A stretch of 64,000 nt of DNA from Zygnema circumcarinatum SAG 698-1b (GCA_037447605.1 CM074807.1:62001-126000), one strand, 5' to 3'; positions 1 to 15,201 are shown, counted from the first letter of the stretch. Translations and numbers: made by a program. The notes: a model not told the origin generated them from the sequence alone.

Positions 1-189
1 ACCAACACAGCCGGAAAAGACAGGGCCGGGAGGGTGAACAGAGTGAAAGAGATAGGGAGGGGGGGGGAGGGTTGTTGACTTTGTTTCGTTGCACTCAACA
101 TTCCGCTAGGTTAGGGGGGGAAAGAAAGTTTCTCAGTTTGTTCGGGTTCATCCAACCCTCCGCAGCGGTATGGCGAGTGGGGTCCCGAC

Positions 190-2685
<2,496 letters not shown>

Positions 2686-4329
2686 AAGGGTTGGAAGCCC
2701 GGAGATACTGCTTGCACCTGCTTTCCGACAATAAGAAGAGTGCATTTACAGTTGTTTACACATTGGGTTCGTCTTTTTGGATAATTCTGTACTTGAAACT
2801 TTCCCACTTTGCTGTAAAAACTCATAAAACATTTCATACAGAATACTTGATTTATTCGTCAATACACAATTTATTTTTTATTGCAAATGGCCAATGATAC
2901 CGCAAAAGAAAAAACGACTAAGAAACGCTTGACTGTAACAGTGTAAAACGACACAAAGGGGTTACAATCAAGTCTAAAACGAAGAAAAAAAAAAAAAGTC
3001 GGATTGAAAGTGATATAATCAACCGAGGAAAGAAGGAAGGGACCACAACATGGCAGAAGATTAGAATGGATACCTAACGAAGAACAGCGAACAGCAAATA
3101 AATAAATTAGTAAATAAATGATATACAATAGCAAATGAAAAAAAAAATCTACAAGTGATCGCACCTATACTAGGAGAAAGACTTGAGAAAATGTGTGAGG
3201 AAATTCCGGGGTCCGTAGCACCGCGAGTGAACAGACCACCCCACAATATCGAGGAGAGGATAACAAGCAGACAAAATGCGGGAGCAGAGTGCTCAGATGA
3301 AGCTAGGGCGGGTGTCAGGGGCGAGGAAGGAGATGCGGAAGTAGGAAAGGAGGAGAGATGGCGAAAAAGGCGGGTTCCAAGGGCATGCGAGCAGAAGCAG
3401 AGGAGGGCAGACGTGGCCTGCGGTACCTGCCGCGGCAGACGATGCAACGCGCCCCCCCGCAGCGCCCTCCCCCTCCCCGGGGCACGCCTTCTGACGAGAC
3501 GAGCGCGGAGCGGCGCTGCGAGGGGCGCTGCTGCCTTTTCTCTTCTTTTTCTCTTTCTCTTGTTCTCCTGCGCGCTGCCCCAGCCCCAGCCCCAGCCCGG
3601 CTCGCGCGCAGCAGCAGAAGCAGCAGCGAGTAAGCTCCGGGAGAGTGGGCAGACAGGGAGTGGGGGAGGCGGGCCGACAGCTCAACGAGCGGCCGAGCAC
3701 AGCAGCGCCCTGCCTCGCCTCGCCGAGAGAGAGCCAGGCAATGACGGTGATCGAGATTTGGAAGTTTTCAAAGAAAACAAGAAGGAAGGCGGAGGGAAGG
3801 CCTTAGGAAGGCGTAGCTTACAGCTGCAAGCTTTTTTCTTTTGTCCTTGGGTTCTTTGCGACATCAGTTCCTCGTGGTTCCACATGCTGATTTTGAGCAT
3901 GTGCATTTGATGGCATCATCGCCATCGTGAGATCAATGCCCCATCCTTCTTTCAAAGGCAGCATCACTCCACAAAAAATGTTCAGGCGGCATAATATACC
4001 CCCCTCGTCACTCAGACAGACATGCATGACGAGCGTCCCTCGAAGCACAGAGGATGGCAGCGCGCATCCAAAGCCCGGCCAGGCTGAGGAATTTTGTGTT
4101 TACGATTCAGCGTTCTTCTCATCAACAGCCACTCTCAGACGGGAGAGGCACTTCAGCTTTGTGCAATCGAGCATATGAACAATCAGGTTGGATTGATGTG
4201 TACAGTCGGCACTTACAGTGTCTGCTAGTGCAAGAGTTTATTGGGCCAAACTACGCTATGACGCTGGAATACTATGTATGCCCTACAGCTTGCGAGTCTG
4301 TCACAATGGCATTCAGTATTTGTATATAA

Positions 4330-7300
4330 CTAACTTTTCCCAGTAGCTGCTATGCTTTCGGCAACAAGGGGGGTCTCAGAAGAAGAAGCTGTGGATGCCG
4401 GCCCCTCCGCTATCTCTTCCTCGTCAGCATCGACTCTATACAAGTACCCAGGCCTAAAAATGAAGCCTGAAAAAACTCCATAGACCAAATAAATAGGGAA
4501 GGAAAAGCATAGCGCTTCGAAAACCAGAAACCCGACATTTACAAAGAAAAAATTTCCTTTTAGTACAGTCTCCCCCAAGACCGAGAGAGGATAGGTCATC
4601 GCTGTGGCTACAGATCCGCTAAGTCGGGCGAGTCCATAGAGTTTACCAAAATTCTTAAAGCCGAACAGCCGGCCAACATATGCAGCCATGGCACCAAAAA
4701 TGAATGGCCGACTCGCAGCAAATGCGAAAAAGCTAATCAACTGCAAATGGCAAATCGGCGAAACTGAGGTCAGTTCTGGGCTAACTCCTTCTCACAGACA
4801 TGAAATCATGGACTTAACAACGGAAATATTGCTGCTGATATGCTGGTTCGTGGCTCTGAAGGCTCCTGTGCACTCACCTGATACTTCAAAGGAAGGAAGT
4901 TCATAAGATTCGCGATGGAGAATATTGTGTTGGTCACGGCAATAACGGCGAATGACGGGCCTAGGCCCATGTAGACGAGAACGTAGCCGACTATAGGCAC
5001 CATAACTATCCCACCGATCGGAAGAATGATGTTGAATAATGCAACATAATGCTGAGCGTCCTCCCTCGCCTTGAGAATGTCGCTGAAGGGGGGGGTTTGG
5101 GTCCGAAGAGCTTCGTACAACAACTGACTGGAGACAGTGCTGATGTAGAAGTTGACCCGCAATACAAAGAACCCGGTCACTATGAACATGGACCAAAACA
5201 CAAGCGACCGGATTTGCACGGAAAATGCAACGTTGTAAAGTTTAAGTGGCGGCTCTCTGTCCTCCGCCCTCTCCCCCTCGCTGAGGAGAGGAGCCATCAG
5301 ATTTGCAGTGCTTGGCAGCCCCATAGCCCCTTCTCCCGTTGAGCTGACCCCTGTTGCACCGCTCATCAGTTTCTGTTTCATCGTTTGGCGTATGCGCCAT
5401 ACTCGATGGATTTCGCCATCCTCATTTCCGGCCGTGTCACTGGCATACGGTTTGTCGCAGAAAAAAAACAGGCTAATGAAAAATATGAAAATGGGAACAA
5501 CCTGCAAAAAAATGCTTGGTCTGCATTGGATTACGTTGCTTCTGGAAGTTCAAAAAGAAACATTCGACTCGTCTCTTGAGATGGCGGTGTTCCTGGATCA
5601 AGAAATTGAACCGTGCAAGCTGCTTATGGATAAATTTAAGGTTTCTGGGTGGACAGGAAAATGGAGTTGCTTCTACCGTGTAAGCGAGCATTACTGAACG
5701 GAATGTATATCCCCACGTTGTGACCGCCTGCCCCAAAAGGAACATAATGAAGGACGAGGAATTAAAGCCACCTGTTTGCGCACTGATAATGACACCGGAA
5801 TACTTTCCAAAAAGTTCTCCAAAGTTGGTCAAAGAGTTGGATATACACGGCCCACCGACCGCAAGTGCGATAAAGCCATAAAAGTAGAGGAGATCGGAAA
5901 ATTCGCTTGCAAAAGCAAGCGCAAAGAGGCCGGACAGAGAAATTAAGGAACCCACGCATACTGTGACTGCACAAGCAAATAACACGGATGTTGATCATTT
6001 AGAGGAGATGTGCAGATGGGAATCTAGTGCATCTATGGCAAGAATCCTCAAGTGCTGTTTAAATAGACTGGCGTCCAAACGGTGTCCGAATACAGCAAAA
6101 TCTCCTCTTCAGCTTACAAGCAGAGCATGCAGTGCGACCATTGACTATATGAGTTTGAGATTTTGCTTTGCACTCGCGGATGGGAGATTTCACTCCTTTA
6201 ATGTCTGAGTCAAGAAAGCAGAACGCTCCTGCACTTGTTCGACAATCACAAAGCATCCAGTTGCTAGCTGGTAATGTTGACGTCCAGATGCCGAGCCGGT
6301 CTCGAACATGTGTTTCTGGTTCAAGGTTGGCATCTCTGACACGTGCTATGATTGTTCAGTTGAGAAACTTGATTGTTTCAATCAAGTCAAGGGTACATTA
6401 CCTCGAGGTCCAACAATGTCTAATAGAACACCGACAAGGAATGCGCAGCCTGAAATTGTAGAAGCTCCCAAAGTATACATGAGCGTCAGCCTGTCTGCAA
6501 GTCAAGCAGAAAGCCAGGTCAGGTGGCTGAGAAGCGTGCTCTGTTCTTCATGCCATAGAGTCTCTGAACTAATATGGCCAGATTGCAATGCTTTACAAGA
6601 ATTGTCAAAGCGGTTAACAAAAAAAAAGCAAGGCAAAAGCATGTCAGAAGCGGAGAAGTACCTTTCTAAATCAAAGCTTCCATAGTTCTATTGTTGTCCT
6701 CTGCTCTGAGCTCGTCTCAGCATATCAACCAACACCACTACGTTTCATGGGAGTTGTAAGCCCAAAGAAAAGCTAGTGGCATTCGTAACACAATTCGTCC
6801 CAAAAGCAGATTCACTCACCATGTTGAGCATCGCAGGGTAGAGGTTCCCCCTCCTCGCACAATCCTGCGAAAGCTTTTGCGTGGAATACAAGCGCCATAT
6901 AAATGCCAGAATAACCAAAGATAATTCCTGTACCATCAAACAAGACAAGAGTTCAGCTATGAAGGAGCAGGACACAGTGTAGCTGGTTACAACGTGAATG
7001 AGTTGCTCGTCAGATGCCAGATTCAAAAGAATTAAACTCGAGAAGTACAGACCAGTAAATTGATAGGGGGGCGAGATTGACTAACAGATTTTACAATCAA
7101 CATCGAAGGGGGCTTTAGAAGTAAGACGATAAGTTGCACGTCCTCCAATCAACCAAAGTATAGGACTACGAAAACTGAGAAACACAAACACATGCTTCCG
7201 TGCTCAACCCATACTCGCCTTTCCTTCAGAATTGTCTTTGCTTCCTTTGTGGAAACAAAGATTACTACAAACCTTTCGATTTCATTGCCCACATTGAGGC

Positions 7301-8115
7301 CATTACCCACTTCCTGCAAAACATTTTACTTTTGTTGGCTGTCATGCTCCTTTCTCCAGCCAAATTCTCAATGCAACAGGGAATACGAACCAGCTACAGA
7401 GTATGCCCTGAAATCAACGAGAAAATTGAAACTTTTGCATACTGCTGTATCCCCCTTAATTCTTCATATTCACGACATAATGAAAATTTGAAACTTTTCG
7501 ATGAGTTAAAACGATGGAGATACGCCACTAGTCAACAAGTAAAACTGCAACGATCAAAGAACTTTGCAATTAAGGCTGTCATTAAGTTCTGTTTGTTTGA
7601 GCACAGTAGAAACACCCGTGCCTGCGACCTATAAAATTTACAGTGACAACGTTATCACTTCCAGTGGTAATTGGGTAAAGCATGGAGAGGGAGGTGACAT
7701 TGCCGCCAAGCCGTCGCAAACGGTGACTTTTATGACCAACGCGAGCTACCCTATGGACACTGCTCAGACCTCGGTGATGATCAGCCCGCATTACATTTTT
7801 AGAGAAATGGATGAACTCACAGCTCTTTAAAACAAACGGCTTTTAAAACAGCATTCAAGGAACCGATTTAACAGTTCAATTCGCCATCGAACAATTTAAA
7901 TCAGAACATTAGCTGACATTAGCTGCATGTCAGGGCTTCCCAATGCAGGCCCTGCTGGGTTTGTTCCGATTCAGACAAGATGTTATCAAAATATGACTCG
8001 CTGGTCATAAAAAGAGCTCACCTGACATGAAAAGCGAAAATGCAACAGAAAAAACCACCAGCAAGAGTCTTGAACTGAAGCTCTCTCCACCGGGTTCTCG
8101 ATAAAAGAAACCCAT
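4330..8115 (-). CDS. Major facilitator superfamily transporter, SLC43/LAT3/FMP42-like; multi-exon
   Basis: Exons: MGFFYREPGGESFSSRLLLVVFSVAFSLFMS (ATG 8115) | GIIFGYSGIYMALVFHAKAFAGLCEEGEPLPCDAQH | DRLTLMYTLGASTISGCAFLVGVLLDIVGPR | VCVGSLISLSGLFALAF..GGPCI..TGGFNSSS..AYT | VVPIFIFFISLFFFCDKPY..LRVNFYISTV..FLPLKYQ | LISFFAFAASRPFIFGAMAAYVGRLFGFKNFGKLYGL..GKS* (stop 4330-4332). The GIIFG, C..Q, D..GPR, NFYI and FG..FG.LYG motifs match SLC43/FMP42 as recalled; not confirmed by search. Confidence 0.85.
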
Positions 8116-9070
8116 AGCTGTATACGCCCTTGTTTGACCCTCGCTTTAACGAGAAGATCAGTTCGATGCCGATAAGTTTGATGCAATGCGCATCTGCGCT
8201 CAGCTGGCCGTCTTGGAGGAGCGGAAGCTTGCCCCTACGCCAGCAGCTACAGGAGTGTGAAGTTTGGGCGTGCGCGAACGGCAGCCGCTGATGTCTGATG
8301 ATTTGCAGGGACGAGGCCACCACTCGCCTGCTCCCGCTCCGACGTCGTGCTCGGCATGCTACATGCTACTGCTGCTGCAGCGCTGCTGCTGTAGTTGTAA
8401 GGTCGAGGCTCCCGTGAAATTTGAAAAAGCATTGTTATTTGGAATTGATGTGGCATGGAACTGACGATGGCGATGCCATCAGATGCACATGGACAACATC
8501 ATGAGGAACCACTAGAAACTGGTCACAAAGAAACTAAAGACAATAGAAAAAGCTATGTCGGAAATCTACTTCTAGGCCCAAGAACAAAAACAACATTGTT
8601 ATTTGCTTTTGTTGAGCAATGAAACGAGCGTGTATCGTCGGGATGCATCCTCAGGACCATGGGCGTGGCGTTCCCATTTGAATCTGGGACGATTCAACGT
8701 GGCTCAAGCGGGTCACATGGCGCGAACCCATTTTGGGGCCTCACGGGCCATCCGCTCACCCTAACGCCAGCCAGCCCTGCACTTATTCCCGTGATCGAAG
8801 CGCAACGAGGATCCAGGAAGTGTTGAAGGAGCAGAATGACACGGCAATGTCCAAGCACAACGGATGCTCCTCCTCGTCACTGCGAATGCTGAAACGAGAC
8901 ATTGCGGTGTGGGCCGTGTGGCCGGTCGCCCGCCCTTCCGAGGCATTATTGCGCTCAACTCTCTCCCGCCCGTTGGTGGAATACATTACGCGTCTACCAA
9001 GCAGCCAACCAAGGGAGCCGCTCCGCTCCGCTCCGCTTGGCTGCCTGCCGAGCCACAAGGTTTCCCACAA

Positions 9071-9155
9071 CATGGCATGGCATGGCATGGCATGGCATGG
9101 CATGGAATGGCATGGCATGGCATGGCATGGCATGGCATGGAATGGCATGGCATGG
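9071..9155. repeat. (CATGG)n pentamer array, 17 units, upstream of ADF
   Basis: Directly visible; two AATGG variant units. Confidence 0.95.
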
Positions 9156-9552
9156 GATTATGGCGGCGACATGTTGGTGTTGTCCATGTCGCGCGGCGCC
9201 TGGCGGGCGGAGGGAGGGAGGTAGGGAGGGTGGGAGGGACCGAGGCAGGCGCCGCGCCACGCCGCGTCGACAAGTGGCGGGACTCCCGCCCGGCCGTTCA
9301 CACGTCAAACGTGGCAAAAAAGGGCAGGCTGAGGGTGGGGCTGGGGCTGAGGGTCGCTGCTGGCTGCGCGTGTGAACGCGGCGGGCGGGCGGAAGTTAGG
9401 TCGCGCGGCACCCACTCTTTTCGGCTGCCTCTCCGCCTGCCACCGTTGTTTGCCTGCCTGCCTGCCTGCCTGCCTGTCTGCGACCGGCACAAAACCCCCC
9501 TGCTTGCTGTGGATCAGCCTCGGTTTGCTTCCCTCTACTGCGGCGAGCCATC

Positions 9553-10600
9553 ATGGTAAGCTTGCAATGCTTATTCTGGAGGATGGTCAATGTTGGAGAA
9601 TGAGAATGCGGGGACTGTTTCGATTTGTCTTATGTAGCGACTGTTGCAGATCAGGTGGTTGTTCTGCTTGTTCTATTTTCTGCTGGACGACTTAAGCTAA
9701 CCATGGTAGGAATTGGTTTAAGTTTGGAAAGTGGCTGCTTGGAGAGGACCTTGCAATGATCTTTCTGCTGTGTGTCAATGGCAGGCGAACGCTGCGTCGG
9801 GCATGGCGGTCAGTGATGAGTGTAAATTGAAGTTCTTGGAGCTGAAGAGGAAGAAGACCTATCGCTACATCGTGTTCAAGATTGATAATAACAATATCAT
9901 CGTTGAGAAGACTGGTGGCCCTGACGAGACATACGATCAGTTTGCTGCTTCTCTACCGGAATCCGACCCGCGCTATGCAGTGTATGATTATGATTTCACG
10001 ACAGAGGACAACTGCCAAAAGAGCAAGATTTTCTTCATTGCCTGGTATGCATAATATCCTACACTCGTCCCTGGCTAGATGCGATCTAGGGTTCGGCTTT
10101 GCAACCTTTGCCCTGCTGCAAGCTTTTGCAGTCGGTCGCTGATGTCAAGCTGTTGTTCAAATTGTTGAAGGGTTGAAGTTGTTTTGCTGTTGACGGAGAC
10201 TGAGCGTTTATTCAAGTTTTCGTGTCGTTTCTGATTTGTGCTCTTTAGACTTTCGTCCATATAGCATCCAGACAATATCTACTCGTTTGCTGGATGGTCT
10301 TGTTGATTCGAAGTTTATCTCTGCATATTCGTTCCCTTTTCAAACTCGAGGCGGCCGTCATGTAGAAGTATCGTATGATGTTGAATTTGTACAGTCCATA
10401 CTGCATGCCTTGGCGCTGTCCTGACGCCTCCCTTGTATAAATCGACCAGGTCTCCTGATACCTCGAGAGTCAAGGCGAAGATGACTTACGCGAGCTCCAA
10501 AGATAGGTTCCGGAGGGAGCTGGACGGAGTCCACTATGAGCTTCAGGCAACTGATCCAACTGAAATGGACATGGATGTCATTAAGGACAGGATAAAGTAG
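9553..10600 (+). CDS. ADF: Actin-depolymerizing factor (ADF/cofilin), 3 exons
   Basis: Exon 1 is ATG only (9553-9555, then GTAAG). Exon 2 (9785-10044) reads [40 protein letters not shown]-like region..[11 protein letters not shown]. Exon 3 (10450-10600) reads [49 protein letters not shown]. Classic plant ADF sequence and structure. Confidence 0.98.
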
Positions 10601-11865
10601 GGTTGCACTGTTCTCTTTGGATAAGTCCTTGTCGGCTCAGAAGAGCTCTTCTGTCTACTATGGACCAGTTCCATACCCGCCGGTCGTTCTGAGGTTGGCT
10701 GCTGCTTCTCGCGTGGCAGCATTGTTCAGGTAGTGTCCTTCGTCTGCAACACTCGCATTAGCAGCATGCAGTCATGCGACATGTTGCTTTGTGGAGGCTT
10801 GTTGGTAAGCAGGAGAGTTTGAGGGCTTCAGGAATTGAAGTGGATGGGGTGTTGAGGAGCAAAATAGAGGTCCCAGCTCCTATGGGCAAAATCAAAGTGG
10901 TTGAAAAGCATCCAGCGGGGCTCGAACTATATATGAATTAAACAGTGCTATGTTGTCTGCTGCAACTGTTAGTTGGAGGGGGCCTTCTAGCAAATTTGCT
11001 TTTTCCTCTCATTTGGGCATCCCGGCAAGAAGACAGGTTAATACATTTGTACACATGGATCGACGCAGTCTTATTACTATTTTGCTGTTGAATCCTCTGA
11101 GAGCTCTTGCAGGGTGTCCGTCCATCGTTCTGAATCGATGAAGGCATTTCCTTTGCGAGCGTGTTGCATTGTGGCAAAGTTTTTTGAATTTTAGCCGTAG
11201 CAGCAGCATTGCGTTTCTGCTCTGCAATTCCCCTACTCAATCCGTTAAGAATTGCAAAGCAGAAACAGAAGCAGAAGCTTGTATCTCGTATGGATTTTTG
11301 GTGGCCTCCGGTAGAGTCTGTCCTTGGAGGGCCTCGAATAGTCTGGCTCTGTGGGACCGGAACTGTCTAGCCGTTTCGCAGTTGTAGGGTGTCATGACCA
11401 GTGAAGGGCCGGGGGAATTCGATTGCCCTCCGCCTTGGTGATCCAGAAAGAATAGAAGGACGGCATATGTAGTCGACCGAGTAAGGCAGCTGATGCACCC
11501 CCTGTTACTAGAATTGACTAGTTTGGCCAGTTGGTGGCTTTGGTTCGCTGGTCAAATCTTCCCCAGGAAGGCTGTCCGAGTGTTCCTTGACTTAGGTTTG
11601 GTTTACTTCTTTGTCAGATAGCAGTTTGCAGACTTCATGCCACCTCCAAATTGTAGATCATGAAACACCAGCGAAAGTTCACTACATTTGCGCCCTCGTT
11701 CATCACTCGTATTTACAACTAAAACAAGGCACAGCATTAGCACAGGAAGGACCGTGTCTTTCTTATTTCAGTTTGGAATAATTGTATCACACAAAAATTG
11801 CTGCTGGCGGCAGTTGTGTTATGTACACTACTCTCATGTGATGTGCGATGCTAACGGCACTGTCC

Positions 11866-13712
11866 CTAGCGCAAGAGGGGGTCCGGGTCGTCGTCTTCGT
11901 CGTCCTGGTCGGTGGCCTGGCGCAGCCGCTTGCCGTCTCTGGGGCCAGTCCTCCCGCGCTTGGACTGCTGCTTGCCCCTGCAGACGACAGGCGCTCGCAC
12001 CCCCGTCAGCTGCCGCGATGAGATGTGATGTGATGTGCCCAGCAGCACGCAAGCGACTGTGCGGCGCCCCTTTCTTTCTGCGTGCGAGTGGCACAGAGAG
12101 AGAAAGGGTGCGTAGCGGCTTACGGTCCATTGGGGGTGGCTGCGGGGACCCTCAAACGCGGGCCCACTGACGCAAGTCCGGCCTCTGGTCGCCCGTCTGC
12201 AGCCGCCCAGCAGCGGAAGCCAAGTTTAGCCAGACGCCCATGGACAGACGCACGATAAGGAAATAGAGATCGTTTTCTCAACGCAAAGGGAACGAACCTG
12301 CATCGCGACAAGCTGCATTTTCCTCCACCTGCACATTCTCAACTACACGCATGTGAACTGCCGGATACCCTGGAGCTTTTGAACTCTACAGCTTGCACTG
12401 TCTCCTACAGACATAGACAGCTTTAGGCAAACGGTCGCGTTAACAAACAGAACCTCCATAAATGATGGCTTCATGTCCAGGACCTTTCGGCGAATAAGCA
12501 TGTTCATGAACACGACAGTAAAACTGGCTGCTAATTCTGCCTGCATCGCCACAACCGTGGAATCGTAATGACGCTGACAGTTCTAGAACTGTTGATCAAG
12601 TCAAGTGCTAACAAGCAAGCCATAGGAAACGTGACTCTTCTGAATAGATTACCGCTGGCGATGTCAAAGATGAAAGTGAAAAGAGGCGATCTTCGGGTTG
12701 GAACTTCCTTGGTCTTTTAGAGCTGAGCACAAAAGGGCAAAAAAACCAATTAGGCTCTCAGAAACAACAATTGAGCAGAATGACCTTTTCCCAACTAACA
12801 GCGAAAGCAATTGAGAACCGTTAGACGTAACCCTCTAACAGATACATTCTGTTCAGCGTGCTCACTTCATATATACTCAAACCAATGACTTTCGTGGTTC
12901 AATTTTTTTTTTCTATCCATCAAATACTCTCAAGAACAAAGCATTTTGAGTCCAACCCTAACAGTGGTTGCGCACAATGCTGAAGAACCTCTTCATAAGG
13001 TGAGGGCTACGAGCTATCTGAATGGCCAGACAGTTGCAAGACAATAAAACAGCCCAAAAAAGCCCAGGCGTCGAAACCCTTCAACAGCGTCGTGCATCAT
13101 TCAGACGCGTCAAAGAAGCCGGCCCTTTTGAGCATTTAGAGGAACACAAGAAGGTCGCTCACTTGCTTCCACTCTTGCTGGAGGAAAGGAAACCGTCAAA
13201 ACCCTTCAAGACATTGCCACTTTGACTGGAATCATGTAGATAGCTGGTTTCAAGGTCGTAAACCTGTAGAAAAAGTCCGATCCCAAGAATATGGCAATAA
13301 CCTCAAATGTGCTAAAAACTGAGTGGAGCGAGAAAAGCCTTGGCCTTATGCGGCATTTTGCAGTGTTTTCAGCGACAGGTGGTCGACTATCTACTATTCT
13401 GTTTAATCAAAACAACTGAAATTGATCAGTAACCTGCAGAGACAAGCAGGGACGCTTAAAGAATATGAAATGGTACACGGTGAATGCCAGAGTGGCGAGA
13501 AAATTCACTAGGTATGGGTCTCAAACAGCCAAATAAGAAAGGGGCAGGCAAGCAACCACTCGTTGTGCAGAAGTGACAAAGGGTATCTCTCTCGCTTAAG
13601 GACAACTCACCTGCTTTTCCACCATTCTCAGTTCGTCTTCCAGCTTCTCCTTCCGTGCAAGGAGCATTGCAAGAGTAGAGCTCGCAGTACTAGCAGGCTT
13701 GGAACTCGCCAT
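11866..13712 (-). CDS. EAF6: Chromatin modification-related protein EAF6/MEAF6 (NuA4 HAT subunit); multi-exon
   Basis: MASSKPASTASSTLAMLLARKEKLEDELRMVEKQ | VYDLETSYLHDSSQSGNVLKGFDGFLSSSKSG | SKRPRKFQPEDRLFSLSSLTSPA | VEENAACRDA | DGRPEAG..NGP | GKQQSKRGR..DQDDEDDDPDPLLR*. The YDLET.YL, GN.LKGF and EDRLFSLSS motifs are diagnostic. Confidence 0.95.
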
Positions 13713-14940
13713 TACTTCTTCCTGCTGTTTGGTAACTTTTTCCCCTACAAGAAAAGGAAAAGCGAGCTTCAAAGCTTCAACCGCAGCGAACTTCACGAAT
13801 GAAACGCGCAAGCAGCAGAACACAGGTGAGAGCAGTATTGCTTCGGAGCTCTCAGTCGGAAAAGGAGGCGACCATGGCTTGAACCTCGCCAAGATGACGC
13901 AGTTAGTCGGAATTTAGGGTTGCCATGGTTTTGATGCTCGACCGGGCACTACTTCCTTTGAGGCAGCGGGACTCGCCGACTGGATGCAGGAGGTCGCTGA
14001 GCCTTCCCGGCGGCCTACATATCGTGAGAGGCCATGCACTGTATCTGAGCCACGCGGCTCATCCCGCATAGGACCTCTAGTCTCTCCCTCGTCGCCTTCC
14101 CTCTCTGCCCCTTCTTCTCCTCCCTCACTCTCCTTCCTTCCTCACCTTCTCTCTTTCTCTCGCACACACGAAGTCGAGAACACGTATGTCGTTTTAAGTC
14201 ATGAATGAAAACATTGCCTTCAGGTGGATGCTCGTTCATGCGGCGTGCTGTATTGTATTGCTGTTTGTAAACTCGGCGGATCCATTTGTTTTTGCGCAGG
14301 TTGTGCTTTTTGTGCTTTCCCGAAAATGGCCTTTCAATAGCAATGGCATTTCCTGTTCGAAGTTATTAAAAACAAGCTCTTCGAAATAAGACGAGCAAGA
14401 AACATAAATCAGACCTCGACCACATTAAGCTTTCTATTCCAAGTTTTAAAGTTGAATACATCTTGCAGCACCCTGTGCATTCTTCAAATTGAATTCTTTG
14501 GTATATACAGATGTAACTGGAGTGTGTATGGCAGAATGTGATCGCACTGCATGCTCATCCGCACACGTACAGCAGGATGCTGAAGAGAGAGTTAATGGTA
14601 ACAAAGTAGAAATTGCAGGCGTCAAATGACACGAACATATGGAAGAACTTCTCGTGTAGAACCACAACACGTGAAGAGGTCGAAGGGATACGAAGTTTAT
14701 TCACTGCGTAGCTTTACATTTGGATAGAATACATTCCTGGAAAGACGAAGCCAGTATTTCACATAACATTTGAGCCCGTTGCCTGTTGGTTGTAAAAAGA
14801 AAAATTTCTGAAAACTCGGATGAGAATGTAAGCTCCAGAAGCATTATTGATGCAAAGCATTAAAATTTCTGTCTTTTCATTTGTCTTCGTGATCCATTTC
14901 CCAGTCATTGCATTTGCACGCTCGTTTCCGAAGCACATTT

Positions 14941-15201
14941 ATGCAAACCCTGAAATCCTTTGGGGTATTCGGAGGAGGGCTCGCTGCTACTTGTGTGAGT
15001 TGTTCAGAAAGGTCAATGTCCACTTTCAAAAGGGTTTGCAGGAAGGCCTGCTTCGAGAAGCAGTCTGCGAACCCGCCTGCTTACGAGGAGGCTGCTCTGT
15101 TCGGATGCTGCCTCTTGGAGAAGGCAGATTGCAAAGCTCCCTCAAAGACAAGGGAAGACAGGCGGCTGCTCGTCCTGACCGTTGTCGAACGCGCTTATTA
15201 G
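14941..15201 (+). CDS. Candidate small Cys-rich protein (86 aa) on a putative spliced transcript divergent from EAF6
   Basis: ORF MQTLKSFGVFGGGLAATCVSCSERSMSTFKRVCRKACFEKQSANPPAYEEAALFGCCLLEKADCKAPSKTREDRRLLVLTVVERAY*. It is preceded by a pyrimidine-rich start-like patch (about 14080-14180) and two intron-like GT..AG segments (14184-14299, 14828-14904). No family recognised. Confidence 0.3.
   Translation: MQTLKSFGVFGGGLAATCVSCSERSMSTFKRVCRKACFEKQSANPPAYEEAALFGCCLLEKADCKAPSKTREDRRLLVLTVVERAY

Noticed and set aside
8733-9559. ORFs with MAWHG/MPCHA repeats (also near 29636-30556 and 21163-21655)
   Set aside because: Translations of (CATGG)n or (GGAT)n arrays in promoter regions.
12363-12368. 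GTATCC in EAF6 as a possible second U12 donor
   Set aside because: It lacks the TT extension and a TCCTTAAC branch point, and a GT-AG micro-exon (VEENAACRDA) explains the protein.
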